From positions 1-16,510 of the forward strand of contig JAWSUI010000074.1 of NCBI GenBank assembly GCA_033551855.1: a DNA stretch of 16,510 bases. Reading direction: 5' to 3'. Position numbers and translations under genes: made by a program. Numbering within the stretch: the stretch's first letter is position 1; every line of letters starts with the position of its first letter. Positions 1 through 7,670 of the stretch are shown here, piece by piece. The DNA comes from Deferrisomatales bacterium (GTDB lineage Bacteria; Desulfobacterota; Deferrisomatia; Deferrisomatales; JACRMM01). The notes beneath the pieces were generated by a model. The model ran no database searches. It worked only from the letters and a program-made list of their open reading frames with translations, and had not been told where the DNA came from.

Positions 1-216
1 GGCGGGGGCGGCCCGGGGCCCGCCGCCCACGGGCCCCGGTGTTCCGAGCTCCACCATGTGGATGGGGGAGAAGAAGGTGCGCTCCAGGGGCGCGATCCGG
101 TGACGCCCGAAGGCGCCGAAGAGCCCGATGTGGAGGACCACCGAGGCGCCGACCGCGAGCCACAGGGCCTTCTCTTTCCCCGATTCGAAGAGCCCCGGGT
201 AGCGGTGCAGCCTCAC
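1..216 (-). CDS. tolA: TolA/TonB-family energy transducer, N-terminal part (runs off the left edge)
   Basis: Not in the ORF track. Manual translation from GTG at 216 (GTGA overlap with the tolR stop) gives MRLHRYPGLFESGKEKALWLAVGASVVLHIGLFGAFG...GTPGPVGGGPRAAPA: one N-terminal TM helix with the S-x3-H motif (SVVLH), then a Pro/Ala/Gly-rich linker. It is the third gene after tolQ-tolR. Confidence 0.75.
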   Translation of the reverse strand, partial: MRLHRYPGLFESGKEKALWLAVGASVVLHIGLFGAFGRHRIAPLERTFFSPIHMVELGTPGPVGGGPRAAPA

Positions 217-638
217 GGCAGGTCCAGGGGCTCGGTCACCATGCCCAGCCTCTCGATGCCCCCACGCTTCATCTCGGCCATGATCTGCACGACAACGCCG
301 TAGGGCACGTCCTTGTCCGCACGGAGGTACGCCTCGCGGGAGGCCTTGCGGGCGTAGATGGCCTCCAGCCGGGAACCGAGGGTGTCGAGGGGCACCGGCG
401 TCTGGCCGACGAACACGTGGCCGGCGCGGTCCACGGTGACGACCAACAGGTCGGTTTCGGCCGGGAGCTCTGCGGCGACCACCCTGGGCAGGCTCACGTC
501 GACCCCCTGCTGGATCATCGGGGCGGCCACCATGAAGATGATCAGGAGCACCAGCATCACGTCCACGAGGGGCACGACGTTGATCTCGGACAAGGTGTGG
601 CGGCCCTTGCCCCGCGTCGGCATCGAGGGGGCGTTCAC
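213..638 (-). CDS. tolR: TolR/ExbD biopolymer transport protein
   Basis: C-terminal part of track ORF 213..1097: SEINVVPLVDVMLVLLIIFMVAAPM (TM helix with the conserved Asp) and YLRADKDVPYGVVVQIM...GIERLGMVTEP. Start placed at GTG 638, overlapping the tolQ TGA (GTGA). Confidence 0.9.
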   Translation of the reverse strand: MNAPSMPTRGKGRHTLSEINVVPLVDVMLVLLIIFMVAAPMIQQGVDVSLPRVVAAELPAETDLLVVTVDRAGHVFVGQTPVPLDTLGSRLEAIYARKASREAYLRADKDVPYGVVVQIMAEMKRGGIERLGMVTEPLDLP

Positions 639-1369
639 GGTGCCTCGGCTCGGGAGACGGCCATGTGGTGGCTGACGATGTTGAGGAACTCGGAAGAGAA
701 GGCGTCCATCTCGGTGGAAAGGATCTTGATCGCGTTGTTGAAGTAGTTGTAGGCCACCACCGCCGGGATGGCCGCGGCCAGGCCCGTGGCGGTCGCCACG
801 AGCGCCTCGGAGATACCGGGGGCGACCACCGCGAGGTTGGCCGATCCCGTGATCCCGATCTCCCGGAAGGAGTCCATGATCCCCCAGACCGTGCCGAAGA
901 GCCCGATGAAGGGGGCCGCGCTCGCCACGGTCGCGAGGAAGATGAGCATGCGCTCCAGTCGGGTGACCTCGGCGTCGGCGGTGAGGCGAAGGGTCCTCTG
1001 CACGCTCTCGAGGCGGCCCACCTCCAGGCTCAGGTCGTCGTCGGTGTCGCTCTCGAAGACTCCGGGAGTCGCGAGCTCGCCGGTTGTCCGGCGCCACTCC
1101 CGGTAGCCCGCCCGGAAGAGCTCGGCGAGGGGGCTGCGGCTCAGGTCCCGGGTGGCCGAGAGGACGGCGTGGAAGTTCTTGCTGGACCAGAACACCTGGA
1201 GGAAGTCGCGGCTCTCCCGGGAGGCCCCCCGAATCACCCGAAACTTATAGAGGATGATCGCCCAGGAGAAGACGGAGCACAGGACCAGGATCAGCAGCAC
1301 GCTGCCGACCACGATCCCCGAGGAGAAGGCCATGGCCAGGATGGAGCTCGAGCCGGTGAGGGGGTTCAC
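635..1369 (-). CDS. tolQ: TolQ/ExbB (MotA/TolQ/ExbB proton channel family)
   Basis: LATVASAAPFIGLFGTVWGIMDSF, LAVVAPGISEALVATATGLAAAIPAVVAYN motifs; three predicted TM segments; adjacent to tolR. Confidence 0.92.
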   Translation of the reverse strand: MNPLTGSSSILAMAFSSGIVVGSVLLILVLCSVFSWAIILYKFRVIRGASRESRDFLQVFWSSKNFHAVLSATRDLSRSPLAELFRAGYREWRRTTGELATPGVFESDTDDDLSLEVGRLESVQRTLRLTADAEVTRLERMLIFLATVASAAPFIGLFGTVWGIMDSFREIGITGSANLAVVAPGISEALVATATGLAAAIPAVVAYNYFNNAIKILSTEMDAFSSEFLNIVSHHMAVSRAEAP

Positions 1370-1410
1370 GTAGGAGTGCTCCGGTCAGGAGGTGTCTTCA
1401 TAGGCCATCG

Positions 1411-1440
1411 AAGATAGAGGCCACCCGCGGCAGGTGTCAA
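1411..1440 (-). promoter_or_regulatory. Putative sigma70 promoter of the tolQRA operon
   Basis: Minus strand: TTGACA (1440-1435), 18-bp spacer, TATCTT (1416-1411), about 40 bp upstream of the tolQ start. Confidence 0.6.
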
Positions 1441-1474
1441 TCCCGATCCCCATCCCGGTCCCCGGCCCGGATCC
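1440..1474. repeat. Degenerate hexamer tandem repeat (ATCCCG/ATCCCC)n
   Basis: ATCCCG ATCCCC ATCCCG GTCCCC GGCCCG GATCC, abutting the -35 of the tolQ promoter. Confidence 0.5.
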
Positions 1475-1498
1475 ACAGGTTGTCGGCTGGCGGGGGGC

Positions 1499-1551
1499 GG
1501 GAGCCCCTGCGTTTCGCCCCGCAAGCCGCGGCTGTTCGAAGAGGTGTCCCC
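1499..1551 (-). repeat. Dispersed ~53-bp hairpin element, copy 1
   Basis: Reverse complement GGGGACACCTCTTCGAACAGCCGCGGCTTGCGGGGCGAAACGCAGGGGCTCCC matches 2554-2606 at 43/53 positions without gaps (manual count). Confidence 0.8.
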
Positions 1552-1686
1552 GCCGGCCGCGGTACGCCGGGCTTCACCCGTTTGCGCCGGCCGCGGCCGG
1601 CCGGTCGACGCGGTAGGGGGCTGCTTTCCTGGCCTCCCGGAACCCGGCCCAAGATGTGGTGGTGGATTGTGGGAGTGCGCCCGGCG

Positions 1687-1716
1687 TTGGGGGTGGGGGC
1701 GGGCCTGTGCTACCAT
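1687..1716 (+). promoter_or_regulatory. Putative extended -10 sigma70 promoter of pilD
   Basis: TTGGGG (1687-1692), 18 bp, TACCAT (1711-1716) preceded by TGC; purine-rich GGGAGGGAGG before ATG 1753. Confidence 0.4.
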
Positions 1717-1752
1717 CCCGGCCCGGCCGGGGGGAGGGAGGCGAGGGTTCGG

Positions 1753-2526
1753 ATGGAGCTGGGTGTCCTGGGTGCGGTCGGCGCGGGGTTGCTGGGGGCC
1801 GTGGTGGGCAGCTTCCTCAACGTGGTGATCCATCGCCTGCCCCACGGGGAGTCCCTGTCCTTTCCCCCCAGCCACTGCCCCCGGTGCCGCGCGCGAATCC
1901 GTCCGCGGGACAACCTGCCGGTGATCGGCTTCCTCCTGCTGCGGGGCCGCTGCCGCGACTGCGGCGAGGCGATCTCCTGGCGCTACCCCCTGGTGGAGGC
2001 CCTCATGGCGGGCCTGTCCCTCGGTCTCTGGGGCCTCCACGGGCCGAGCCTCCTCTTCGCGGTGCAGTTCGTCTTCCTGGCGGGCCTGGTGGCCGTGACC
2101 TTCATCGACATCGACCTCAAGATCATACCCGACTCCCTGAGCCTGGGGGGGATTGCCGTCGGCTTGGCCTGTTCGGTCGTCACCCCCCTGGGGTGGAAGG
2201 CGAGCCTTGCCGGGATCGGCTTGGGGGGCGGCCTCCTCTTGGCCGTGGCCGGCGGGTACTACCTGGTGACCCGCCGGGAGGGCATGGGCCTCGGGGACGT
2301 GAAGCTCCTTGCGGCGATCGGGGCCTTCCTGGGCTGGCAGGCCGTGCTCTTCACGGTCTTCGTGTCGTCCCTGGTGGGCTCTGCCGTCGGCCTCTCGGTG
2401 GGCGCCCTCCGGGGCTCGGGTTTGCGGCTCGAGGTCCCCTTCGGCCCCTTCCTGGCCCTCGGGGCCGCCGCCTGGGTCTTCGTCGGCCCTCCCCTGGTGG
2501 ACTGGTACTTCGGGATCTTCCCCTGA
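1753..2526 (+). CDS. pilD: Type IV prepilin peptidase/N-methyltransferase (A24A)
   Basis: GSFLNVVIHRLP, SHCPRC...RGRCRDC (two CxxC), FIDIDLKIIPD and GMGLGDVKL (catalytic Asp motifs), VPFGPFLA. Start moved from the track's 1480 to ATG 1753, where family-like sequence begins. Confidence 0.95.
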   Translation: MELGVLGAVGAGLLGAVVGSFLNVVIHRLPHGESLSFPPSHCPRCRARIRPRDNLPVIGFLLLRGRCRDCGEAISWRYPLVEALMAGLSLGLWGLHGPSLLFAVQFVFLAGLVAVTFIDIDLKIIPDSLSLGGIAVGLACSVVTPLGWKASLAGIGLGGGLLLAVAGGYYLVTRREGMGLGDVKLLAAIGAFLGWQAVLFTVFVSSLVGSAVGLSVGALRGSGLRLEVPFGPFLALGAAAWVFVGPPLVDWYFGIFP

Positions 2527-2553
2527 CGGCCCGCCCTGTGGACCCAGGCCCGT

Positions 2554-2607
2554 GGGGACACCCCTTCGGGTCGCCGCGGATTGCGGGGCGGAGCGGAGGG
2601 GTTCCCC
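2554..2607 (+). repeat. Dispersed ~53-bp hairpin element, copy 2
   Basis: GGGGACACCCCTTCG-GGTCGCCGCGGATTGCGGGGCGGAG-CGGAGGGGTTCCCC; the ends pair and the apical stem is CCGCG-GAT-TGCGG. Confidence 0.8.
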
Positions 2608-2654
2608 GGCCCCGAGCACGTGCCAGGCGGTGGACCCCGGGGGACCGCCGCGCG

Positions 2655-2684
2655 TTGACACCCGCACGAGTCCTCTGCTAGGTT
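2655..2684 (+). promoter_or_regulatory. Putative sigma70 promoter of the liv operon
   Basis: TTGACA (2655-2660), 18 bp, TAGGTT (2679-2684) preceded by TGC (extended -10); strong SD AAGGAGGAG at 2732-2740. Confidence 0.65.
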
Positions 2685-2744
2685 CCGCGCACTCCCGAGG
2701 GGCCGCTCGGCCCCGGGCGCTTTCTTTCCGAAAGGAGGAGTCCC

Positions 2745-3863
2745 ATGAGAAGAGCCCTAGCCCTGGCGGTGGGCCTGTGTCTCGCGGCCGGTTCCGCCTG
2801 GTCGTCGGAACCCCTGAGAATCGGCCTGATGGCCCCGCTCACGGGCTCCTGGGCGAGCGAGGGCCAGGAGATGAAGAGGATCCTGGACCTCCTGGCCAAA
2901 GGTGTCAACGATCGGGGCGGCCTCCTGGGCCGGCAGGTGGAGATCGTGGCCGAGGACGACGGGGGGGATCCCCGGACGGCATCCCTGGCGGCCCAGCGCC
3001 TGAGCACGCGCGGGGTGGTGGCCGTGGTGGGCACCTACGGGTCGTCCATCACCGAGGCCAGCCAGACGATCCTGGACGAGGCCGAGATCGTGCAGATCGC
3101 CAACGGTTCCACGGCCGTGCGGTTGACGGAAAAGGGGCTCAAGTACTTCCTCCGCACCTGCCCCCGGGACGACGAGCAGGGCAGGGTGGCCGCCCAGACC
3201 CTCCGGGCGCGCGGTTTCTCGAAGGTGGCGATCCTCCACGACAACACCAGCTACTCCAAGGGGTTGGCCGAGGAGGCGCGGGGCCTGCTGGGCCAGGCCG
3301 GGGCGGCGGTGGTCTTCTTCGACGCCATCACGCCGGGGGAGCGGGATTACACCGCGGTCCTCACGCGGCTCAAGACGGCCGGCCCGGACGCCGTGTTCTT
3401 CACGGGGTACTACCCGGAGGCGGGCCTCCTGCTGCGGCAGAAGAAGGAGATGGGCTGGGGCGTGCCCTTCCTGGGGGGTGACGCCACCAACAACCCGGAC
3501 CTCGTGAAGATCGCCGGGACGGCCGCGGCCGAGGGCTTCCTCTTCCTCAGCCCGCCCGTACCCCAGGACCTTCCCTTCGAGAGGGCGAAGGAGTTCCTGT
3601 CCTCCTACAGGGCTGCGTACGGCAGCGCCCCGGGCTCCATCTGGGCCGTGCTCGCCGGCGACGGCTTCCTCTCGGTGGTCGCGGGGATCGAGGGGGCCAA
3701 GAGCACCGAGGCGGCCGCCGTGGCGGCGTATCTGAAGAACGACCTGAAGGACTTCTCCGGTCTCACGGGTACCATCGCCTTCGACGAGAAGGGCGACCGG
3801 GTCGGGGAGGTGTACAAGGTCTACCGCGTGGACGCGAGCGGGGGCTTCGTCCTCCAGCCGTAG
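2745..3863 (+). CDS. livK: Branched-chain amino acid ABC transporter substrate-binding protein (LivJ/LivK family)
   Basis: Signal peptide; IGLMAPLTG, GGLLGRQVEIVAEDDGGDP, YFLRTCPRDDEQG, GLTGTIAFDEKGD; first gene of a liv operon. The actual ligand cannot be determined from sequence alone. Confidence 0.9.
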   Translation: MRRALALAVGLCLAAGSAWSSEPLRIGLMAPLTGSWASEGQEMKRILDLLAKGVNDRGGLLGRQVEIVAEDDGGDPRTASLAAQRLSTRGVVAVVGTYGSSITEASQTILDEAEIVQIANGSTAVRLTEKGLKYFLRTCPRDDEQGRVAAQTLRARGFSKVAILHDNTSYSKGLAEEARGLLGQAGAAVVFFDAITPGERDYTAVLTRLKTAGPDAVFFTGYYPEAGLLLRQKKEMGWGVPFLGGDATNNPDLVKIAGTAAAEGFLFLSPPVPQDLPFERAKEFLSSYRAAYGSAPGSIWAVLAGDGFLSVVAGIEGAKSTEAAAVAAYLKNDLKDFSGLTGTIAFDEKGDRVGEVYKVYRVDASGGFVLQP

Positions 3864-3888
3864 GGGCGACGCATGCGCCGCCCCTACG
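3859..3888. repeat. GTAG-family REP-like palindrome overlapping the livK stop codon
   Basis: CGTAGGGGCGACGCATGCGCCGCCCCTACG: 30-bp palindrome with a single mismatched pair (A/C), bounded by GTAG...CTAC. Confidence 0.75.
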
Positions 3889-4014
3889 TGACGCCTGGTT
3901 CCAGATTCCCGGGCCTCAAGGGTTTCTAGGCGCAGGCGGTTTCCAACGTTTCGGGCGGCCCGCGGAGACAGTCCGCGGGCCGCCCGGTTTCTGTGCAAAC
4001 GGGGCGGGCACCCC

Positions 4015-4920
4015 ATGGAACAGTTCTTCCAGCAGCTCACCAACGGACTGGCCGTGGGGGGGATCTACGCGCTGATCGCCCTGGGCTACACCATGGTGTA
4101 CGGCGTGCTGCGCCTGATCAATTTCGCTCACGGGGATCTCTTCACCCTCGGCGCCTACCTGGGGATGACCCTCCTGGTCTCCCTGGGGCTCCGGGAGGGG
4201 CTCGGCCCGGTCCTCGGCCTCGCCGTGCTGGCCGTCATGGTGATGGGGCTGGTGGGGCTGGCGGGTGCGCTCCTGGAGCGCACGGCCTACCGGCCCCTGC
4301 GGGAATCCCCCCGGCTCTCGGCGGTGGTCTCCGCGCTGGGGGCCTCCATCTTCCTCCAGAACACGATCATGCTCGTCTACGGGGCCCGGTTCCAGGTCTA
4401 CCCCCAGGACGTGCTCCCCCGGGTCGTCGTGCCGGTCTTCGGCGTGCCCGTGCCCCTGATGCGGCTGCTCATCGTGGGGGCGACGGTGGTGCTCATGGCG
4501 GCTCTGTACCTCTTCATCCAGCGCACCCGCCTCGGCACCGCGATCCGCGCGGCGGCCATCGACCAGGGGGCCGCGCGGCTCATGGGGATCGACGTGGACC
4601 GGGTGATCCTCGTGGTGTTCCTGCTGGGGCCGGCGCTGGGGGGCGCAGCGGGGTTGATGGTGGGGCTCTACTACGGGCAGATCAACTTCACCATGGGGTG
4701 GGTCTACGGGCTCAAGGCCTTCACGGCGGCGATCCTGGGGGGGATCGGGAACATTCCCGGGGCCATGGTGGGCGGGCTGCTCCTGGGCGTGATCGAGGCC
4801 CTGGGGGCCGGCTACCTCTCCATGGCATGGAAGGACGCGATCGCCTTCCTGGTCCTGATCGTCATCCTCATCGTCCGGCCAACGGGGCTCCTGGGCGAGC
4901 GGGTCGCGGAGAAGGTCTGA
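4015..4920 (+). CDS. livH: Branched-chain amino acid ABC transporter permease
   Basis: QQLTNGLAVGGIYALIALGYTMVYGVLRLINFAHG, GLKAFTAAILGGIGNIPGA, RPTGLLG. Confidence 0.95.
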   Translation: MEQFFQQLTNGLAVGGIYALIALGYTMVYGVLRLINFAHGDLFTLGAYLGMTLLVSLGLREGLGPVLGLAVLAVMVMGLVGLAGALLERTAYRPLRESPRLSAVVSALGASIFLQNTIMLVYGARFQVYPQDVLPRVVVPVFGVPVPLMRLLIVGATVVLMAALYLFIQRTRLGTAIRAAAIDQGAARLMGIDVDRVILVVFLLGPALGGAAGLMVGLYYGQINFTMGWVYGLKAFTAAILGGIGNIPGAMVGGLLLGVIEALGAGYLSMAWKDAIAFLVLIVILIVRPTGLLGERVAEKV

Positions 4921-5873
4921 TGCGCCCGGCGGTGGTCGTGTACGGCCTGGCCGCCGTGGCCCTGGCCACCTGCCCCCTCTACCTGAACGCCTACTGGGTG
5001 GACGTCCTCAACAGCGTCGGGCTCTACGGGCTGCTGGCCCTGAGCCTGAACGTGATCCTCGGCGACGCCGGCATGTACAACATGGGCCACGCGGCGTTCT
5101 ACGCCGTGGGGGCCTACACCGCGGCCATCCTCAACACCCGCTTCGGCGTGCCGCTGCTGTGGGCGCTCCCGGCCGCCGGGGTCGCGGCGGGCGCCTTCGG
5201 GGCCCTGGTGGCCCGACCGGTCATCCACCTGCGCGGCGACTACCTCCTGATCGTGACCGTGGGGATGGGCGAGATCGTGCGGATCGCCCTGGTCAACGAC
5301 GTTTTCGGCATCACCGGGGGCCCCAACGGGATCTTCGGGATCGAACGCCCGACGCTCTTCGGCCAGCGCATCCGGCGGCCGGCGGAGTTCTTCTACCTGA
5401 TCTGGGGGTTCGTGGGGATCAGCCTGTTCCTCCTGTACCGCCTCCGGCACTCGCGCTTCGGGCGGGCCCTGAACTACCTGCGGGAGGATCCCGTGGCGGC
5501 GGAGGGCAGCGGCATCGACACGGGGCGGTACCGGCTGGGGGCGTTTGCGATCGGCGCCGCCTGGGCGGGCATGGCCGGGAGCCTCTTCGCCGGCAAGATG
5601 ACCATCATCTCCCCGGAGTCGTTCAGCTTCTGGGAGTCGGTGGTGATCTTCATGATCGTCATCCTCGGCGGGTCGGGGAGCCTCGCCGGGGTGCTCCTGG
5701 CCGCCTTCCTGATCGTGGGGCTGCCCGAGGTGTTCCGAGGGTTCGCGAGCGCCCGGATGCTGGTCTTCGGGCTGGTCATGATGGTGATGATGGTGGTGCG
5801 CACCCAGGGCCTCTTCCCCCCGAGACCCCGGACCTTCGGCCTCGCAGGGAACGACGGGGGGCGCCGGAGGTGA
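4920..5873 (+). CDS. livM: Branched-chain amino acid ABC transporter permease
   Basis: ATG 4920 overlaps the livH TGA; LSLNVILGDAGMYNMGHAAFYAVGAY, LRGDYLLIVT, ISPESFSFWES, ILGGSGS. Confidence 0.93.
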   Translation: MRPAVVVYGLAAVALATCPLYLNAYWVDVLNSVGLYGLLALSLNVILGDAGMYNMGHAAFYAVGAYTAAILNTRFGVPLLWALPAAGVAAGAFGALVARPVIHLRGDYLLIVTVGMGEIVRIALVNDVFGITGGPNGIFGIERPTLFGQRIRRPAEFFYLIWGFVGISLFLLYRLRHSRFGRALNYLREDPVAAEGSGIDTGRYRLGAFAIGAAWAGMAGSLFAGKMTIISPESFSFWESVVIFMIVILGGSGSLAGVLLAAFLIVGLPEVFRGFASARMLVFGLVMMVMMVVRTQGLFPPRPRTFGLAGNDGGRRR

Positions 5874-6631
5874 GCCTGCTGAGCGTGCGGGGGGTCACCA
5901 AGACCTTCGGCGGCCTCACCGCCGTGAGCGACGTCTCCTTCGAGGTGGAAGAGGGGCAGATCGTCGGCCTCATCGGGCCCAACGGTGCAGGCAAGACCAC
6001 GGTGTTCAACCTCATCACCGGCAACTACCGGCCCGACGCGGGGCAGATCCACTTCGGCGGCACGGTGATCACCGGCCTCCCCACCCACCGGATCGTCTCC
6101 CTGGGCATCGCCCGCACCTTCCAGACCATCCGGCTCTTCCAGCGCCTCTCCGCCGTGGAGAACGTCCTGGCCGGGTGCCACTGCCGCATGCGGGCGGGGC
6201 CCCTGGCGGGGATGCTGCGGACCCGGGCGGAGCGGCGGGAGGAGGCCGAGGCCTTGGAGCGGTCCCTCGAGGAGCTCGAGTTCGTCGGGCTGCGGCCGGA
6301 GGCGGCGCAGGTCGCCGGCAGCCTGTCCTACGGGAAGCAGCGCCTCCTGGAGGTCGCCCGGGCACTGGCCACCCGCCCGAGGCTCCTCGTCCTCGACGAG
6401 CCGGCGGGCGGGATGAACGAGCTCGAGACCCAGAGCCTGCTCGGCCTCATCCGGCGCCTCCAGGGGCGGGGCATCACGGTCTTCCTCATCGAGCACGACA
6501 TGAGCCTGGTGATGCGGGCGTGCGAGAAGCTGGTGGTGCTGGAGCACGGGGCCAAGATCGCGGAGGGCCCCCCCGAGGTGGTCAAGGCGGACCCCCGCGT
6601 CATCGAGGCGTACCTGGGGGCCGACGAATGA
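5870..6631 (+). CDS. livG: Branched-chain amino acid ABC transporter ATP-binding protein
   Basis: GTGA overlap with livM; Walker A GPNGAGKTT, GIARTFQ, LSYGKQRLLEVARALA, LLVLDEPAGG, LIEHDM, VIEAYLG. Confidence 0.95.
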   Translation: MSLLSVRGVTKTFGGLTAVSDVSFEVEEGQIVGLIGPNGAGKTTVFNLITGNYRPDAGQIHFGGTVITGLPTHRIVSLGIARTFQTIRLFQRLSAVENVLAGCHCRMRAGPLAGMLRTRAERREEAEALERSLEELEFVGLRPEAAQVAGSLSYGKQRLLEVARALATRPRLLVLDEPAGGMNELETQSLLGLIRRLQGRGITVFLIEHDMSLVMRACEKLVVLEHGAKIAEGPPEVVKADPRVIEAYLGADE

Positions 6632-7377
6632 CGCCCCCCCTGCTGGAGATCTCGGACCTGCGGGTCCGGTACGGCAGCGTCGAGGCGCTGCACGGGGTCG
6701 GCCTCCGGGTGGACCAGGGCGAGATCGTCACCATCCTCGGCGCCAACGGGGCCGGCAAGACGACCACGCTGATGGCGGTGAGCGGACTGGTGCGGGTCGC
6801 CTCGGGAACCATCCGGTGCGGCTCCTCCTGGCTGCACAAGCTCGGGGCCCACCGGATCGTGGCCGAAGGGGTCTCCCAGGTGCCCGAGGGGCGGCGGGTC
6901 TTCGGCACCCTGACGGTGCAGGAGAACCTCGACTTGGGGGCGTTCACGTGCCGCGACAAGGCCCGCGTCCGAGAGACCCTCGGGTGGATCTACGAGCTGT
7001 TCCCCGTCCTCGCCCAGCGCCGCGGCCAGCTCGCCGGAACCCTGAGCGGCGGCGAGCAGCAGATGCTGGCCATCGGCAGGGCGCTGATGGCCGGTCCCAA
7101 GGTGCTCCTCCTCGACGAGCCGAGCCTGGGGCTCGCGCCGCTCCTGGTGAAGACGATCTTCCAGACCATCCGGCAGATCAACGAGACGGGGGTGACGGTG
7201 GTCCTGGTGGAGCAGAACGCCCGGGCCGCCCTCAAGCTCGCGCACCGGGGGTACGTGCTCGAGGTGGGACGGGTGGCCCTGGAGGGCCCGGCGGCCGACC
7301 TGCTGGCCGACCCCAGGGTGCAGAGCGCCTACCTCGGGGGCGGCGGGCACGGAGAGGCCGTAAAGGAGTCGTCGTGA
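6628..7377 (+). CDS. livF: Branched-chain amino acid ABC transporter ATP-binding protein
   Basis: ATGA overlap with livG; GANGAGKTT, VPEGRRVF, LSGGEQQMLAIGRALM, LLLDEPSLGLAP, VEQNA. Confidence 0.95.
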   Translation: MTPPLLEISDLRVRYGSVEALHGVGLRVDQGEIVTILGANGAGKTTTLMAVSGLVRVASGTIRCGSSWLHKLGAHRIVAEGVSQVPEGRRVFGTLTVQENLDLGAFTCRDKARVRETLGWIYELFPVLAQRRGQLAGTLSGGEQQMLAIGRALMAGPKVLLLDEPSLGLAPLLVKTIFQTIRQINETGVTVVLVEQNARAALKLAHRGYVLEVGRVALEGPAADLLADPRVQSAYLGGGGHGEAVKESS

Positions 7378-7557
7378 GCTGGCCGGGGTGCGAGGAACCA
7401 TCGTGTTCTCGCGCAGTGGCGCAGAGGCGCCGGGAAAGACAAGAAACTCCTCCGCGTCCCAGCGTCTCCGGCGAGATCGTTCTTGCCCTTGATGGACCCG
7501 CTGAGTTTCCGGAAGGGCCAGAAGGAGGGGGCGAGGGGGTTCGCGAGTGGAGGTTCT

Positions 7558-7613
7558 TGGGCAGGAAGGGCGTGGGCAGGAAGGGCATGCGATACACAGG
7601 GCATGCGATACAC
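7558..7613. repeat. Two adjacent short tandem duplications
   Basis: TGGGCAGGAAGGGC at 7558-7571 and 7573-7586; AGGGCATGCGATACAC at 7582-7597 and 7598-7613 (exact copies). Confidence 0.85.
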
Positions 7614-7614
7614 C

Positions 7615-7670
7615 TTGATCCCGGCGGCACATTCATGCTAAACGGCTCTTTCCCGGTTGGGTGCTACCAT
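7615..7670 (+). promoter_or_regulatory. Candidate promoter(s) upstream of pnp
   Basis: TTGATC (7615-7620), 18 bp, TAAACG with TGC extension; a second TGC-TACCAT extended -10 at 7662-7670. Both are weak matches. Confidence 0.35.

Noticed and set aside
7485..7545. Possible further copy of the 53-bp element upstream of the pnp promoter
   Set aside because: Only CCCTT...GGAGGGG fragments match; the GCGGMTTGCGG core is absent. The GCCCTT/AAGGGC pairing may be chance.
7558..7613. Tandem repeats as a mini CRISPR array
   Set aside because: Units are only 14-16 bp, directly adjacent without unique spacers, and there are no cas genes in the window.
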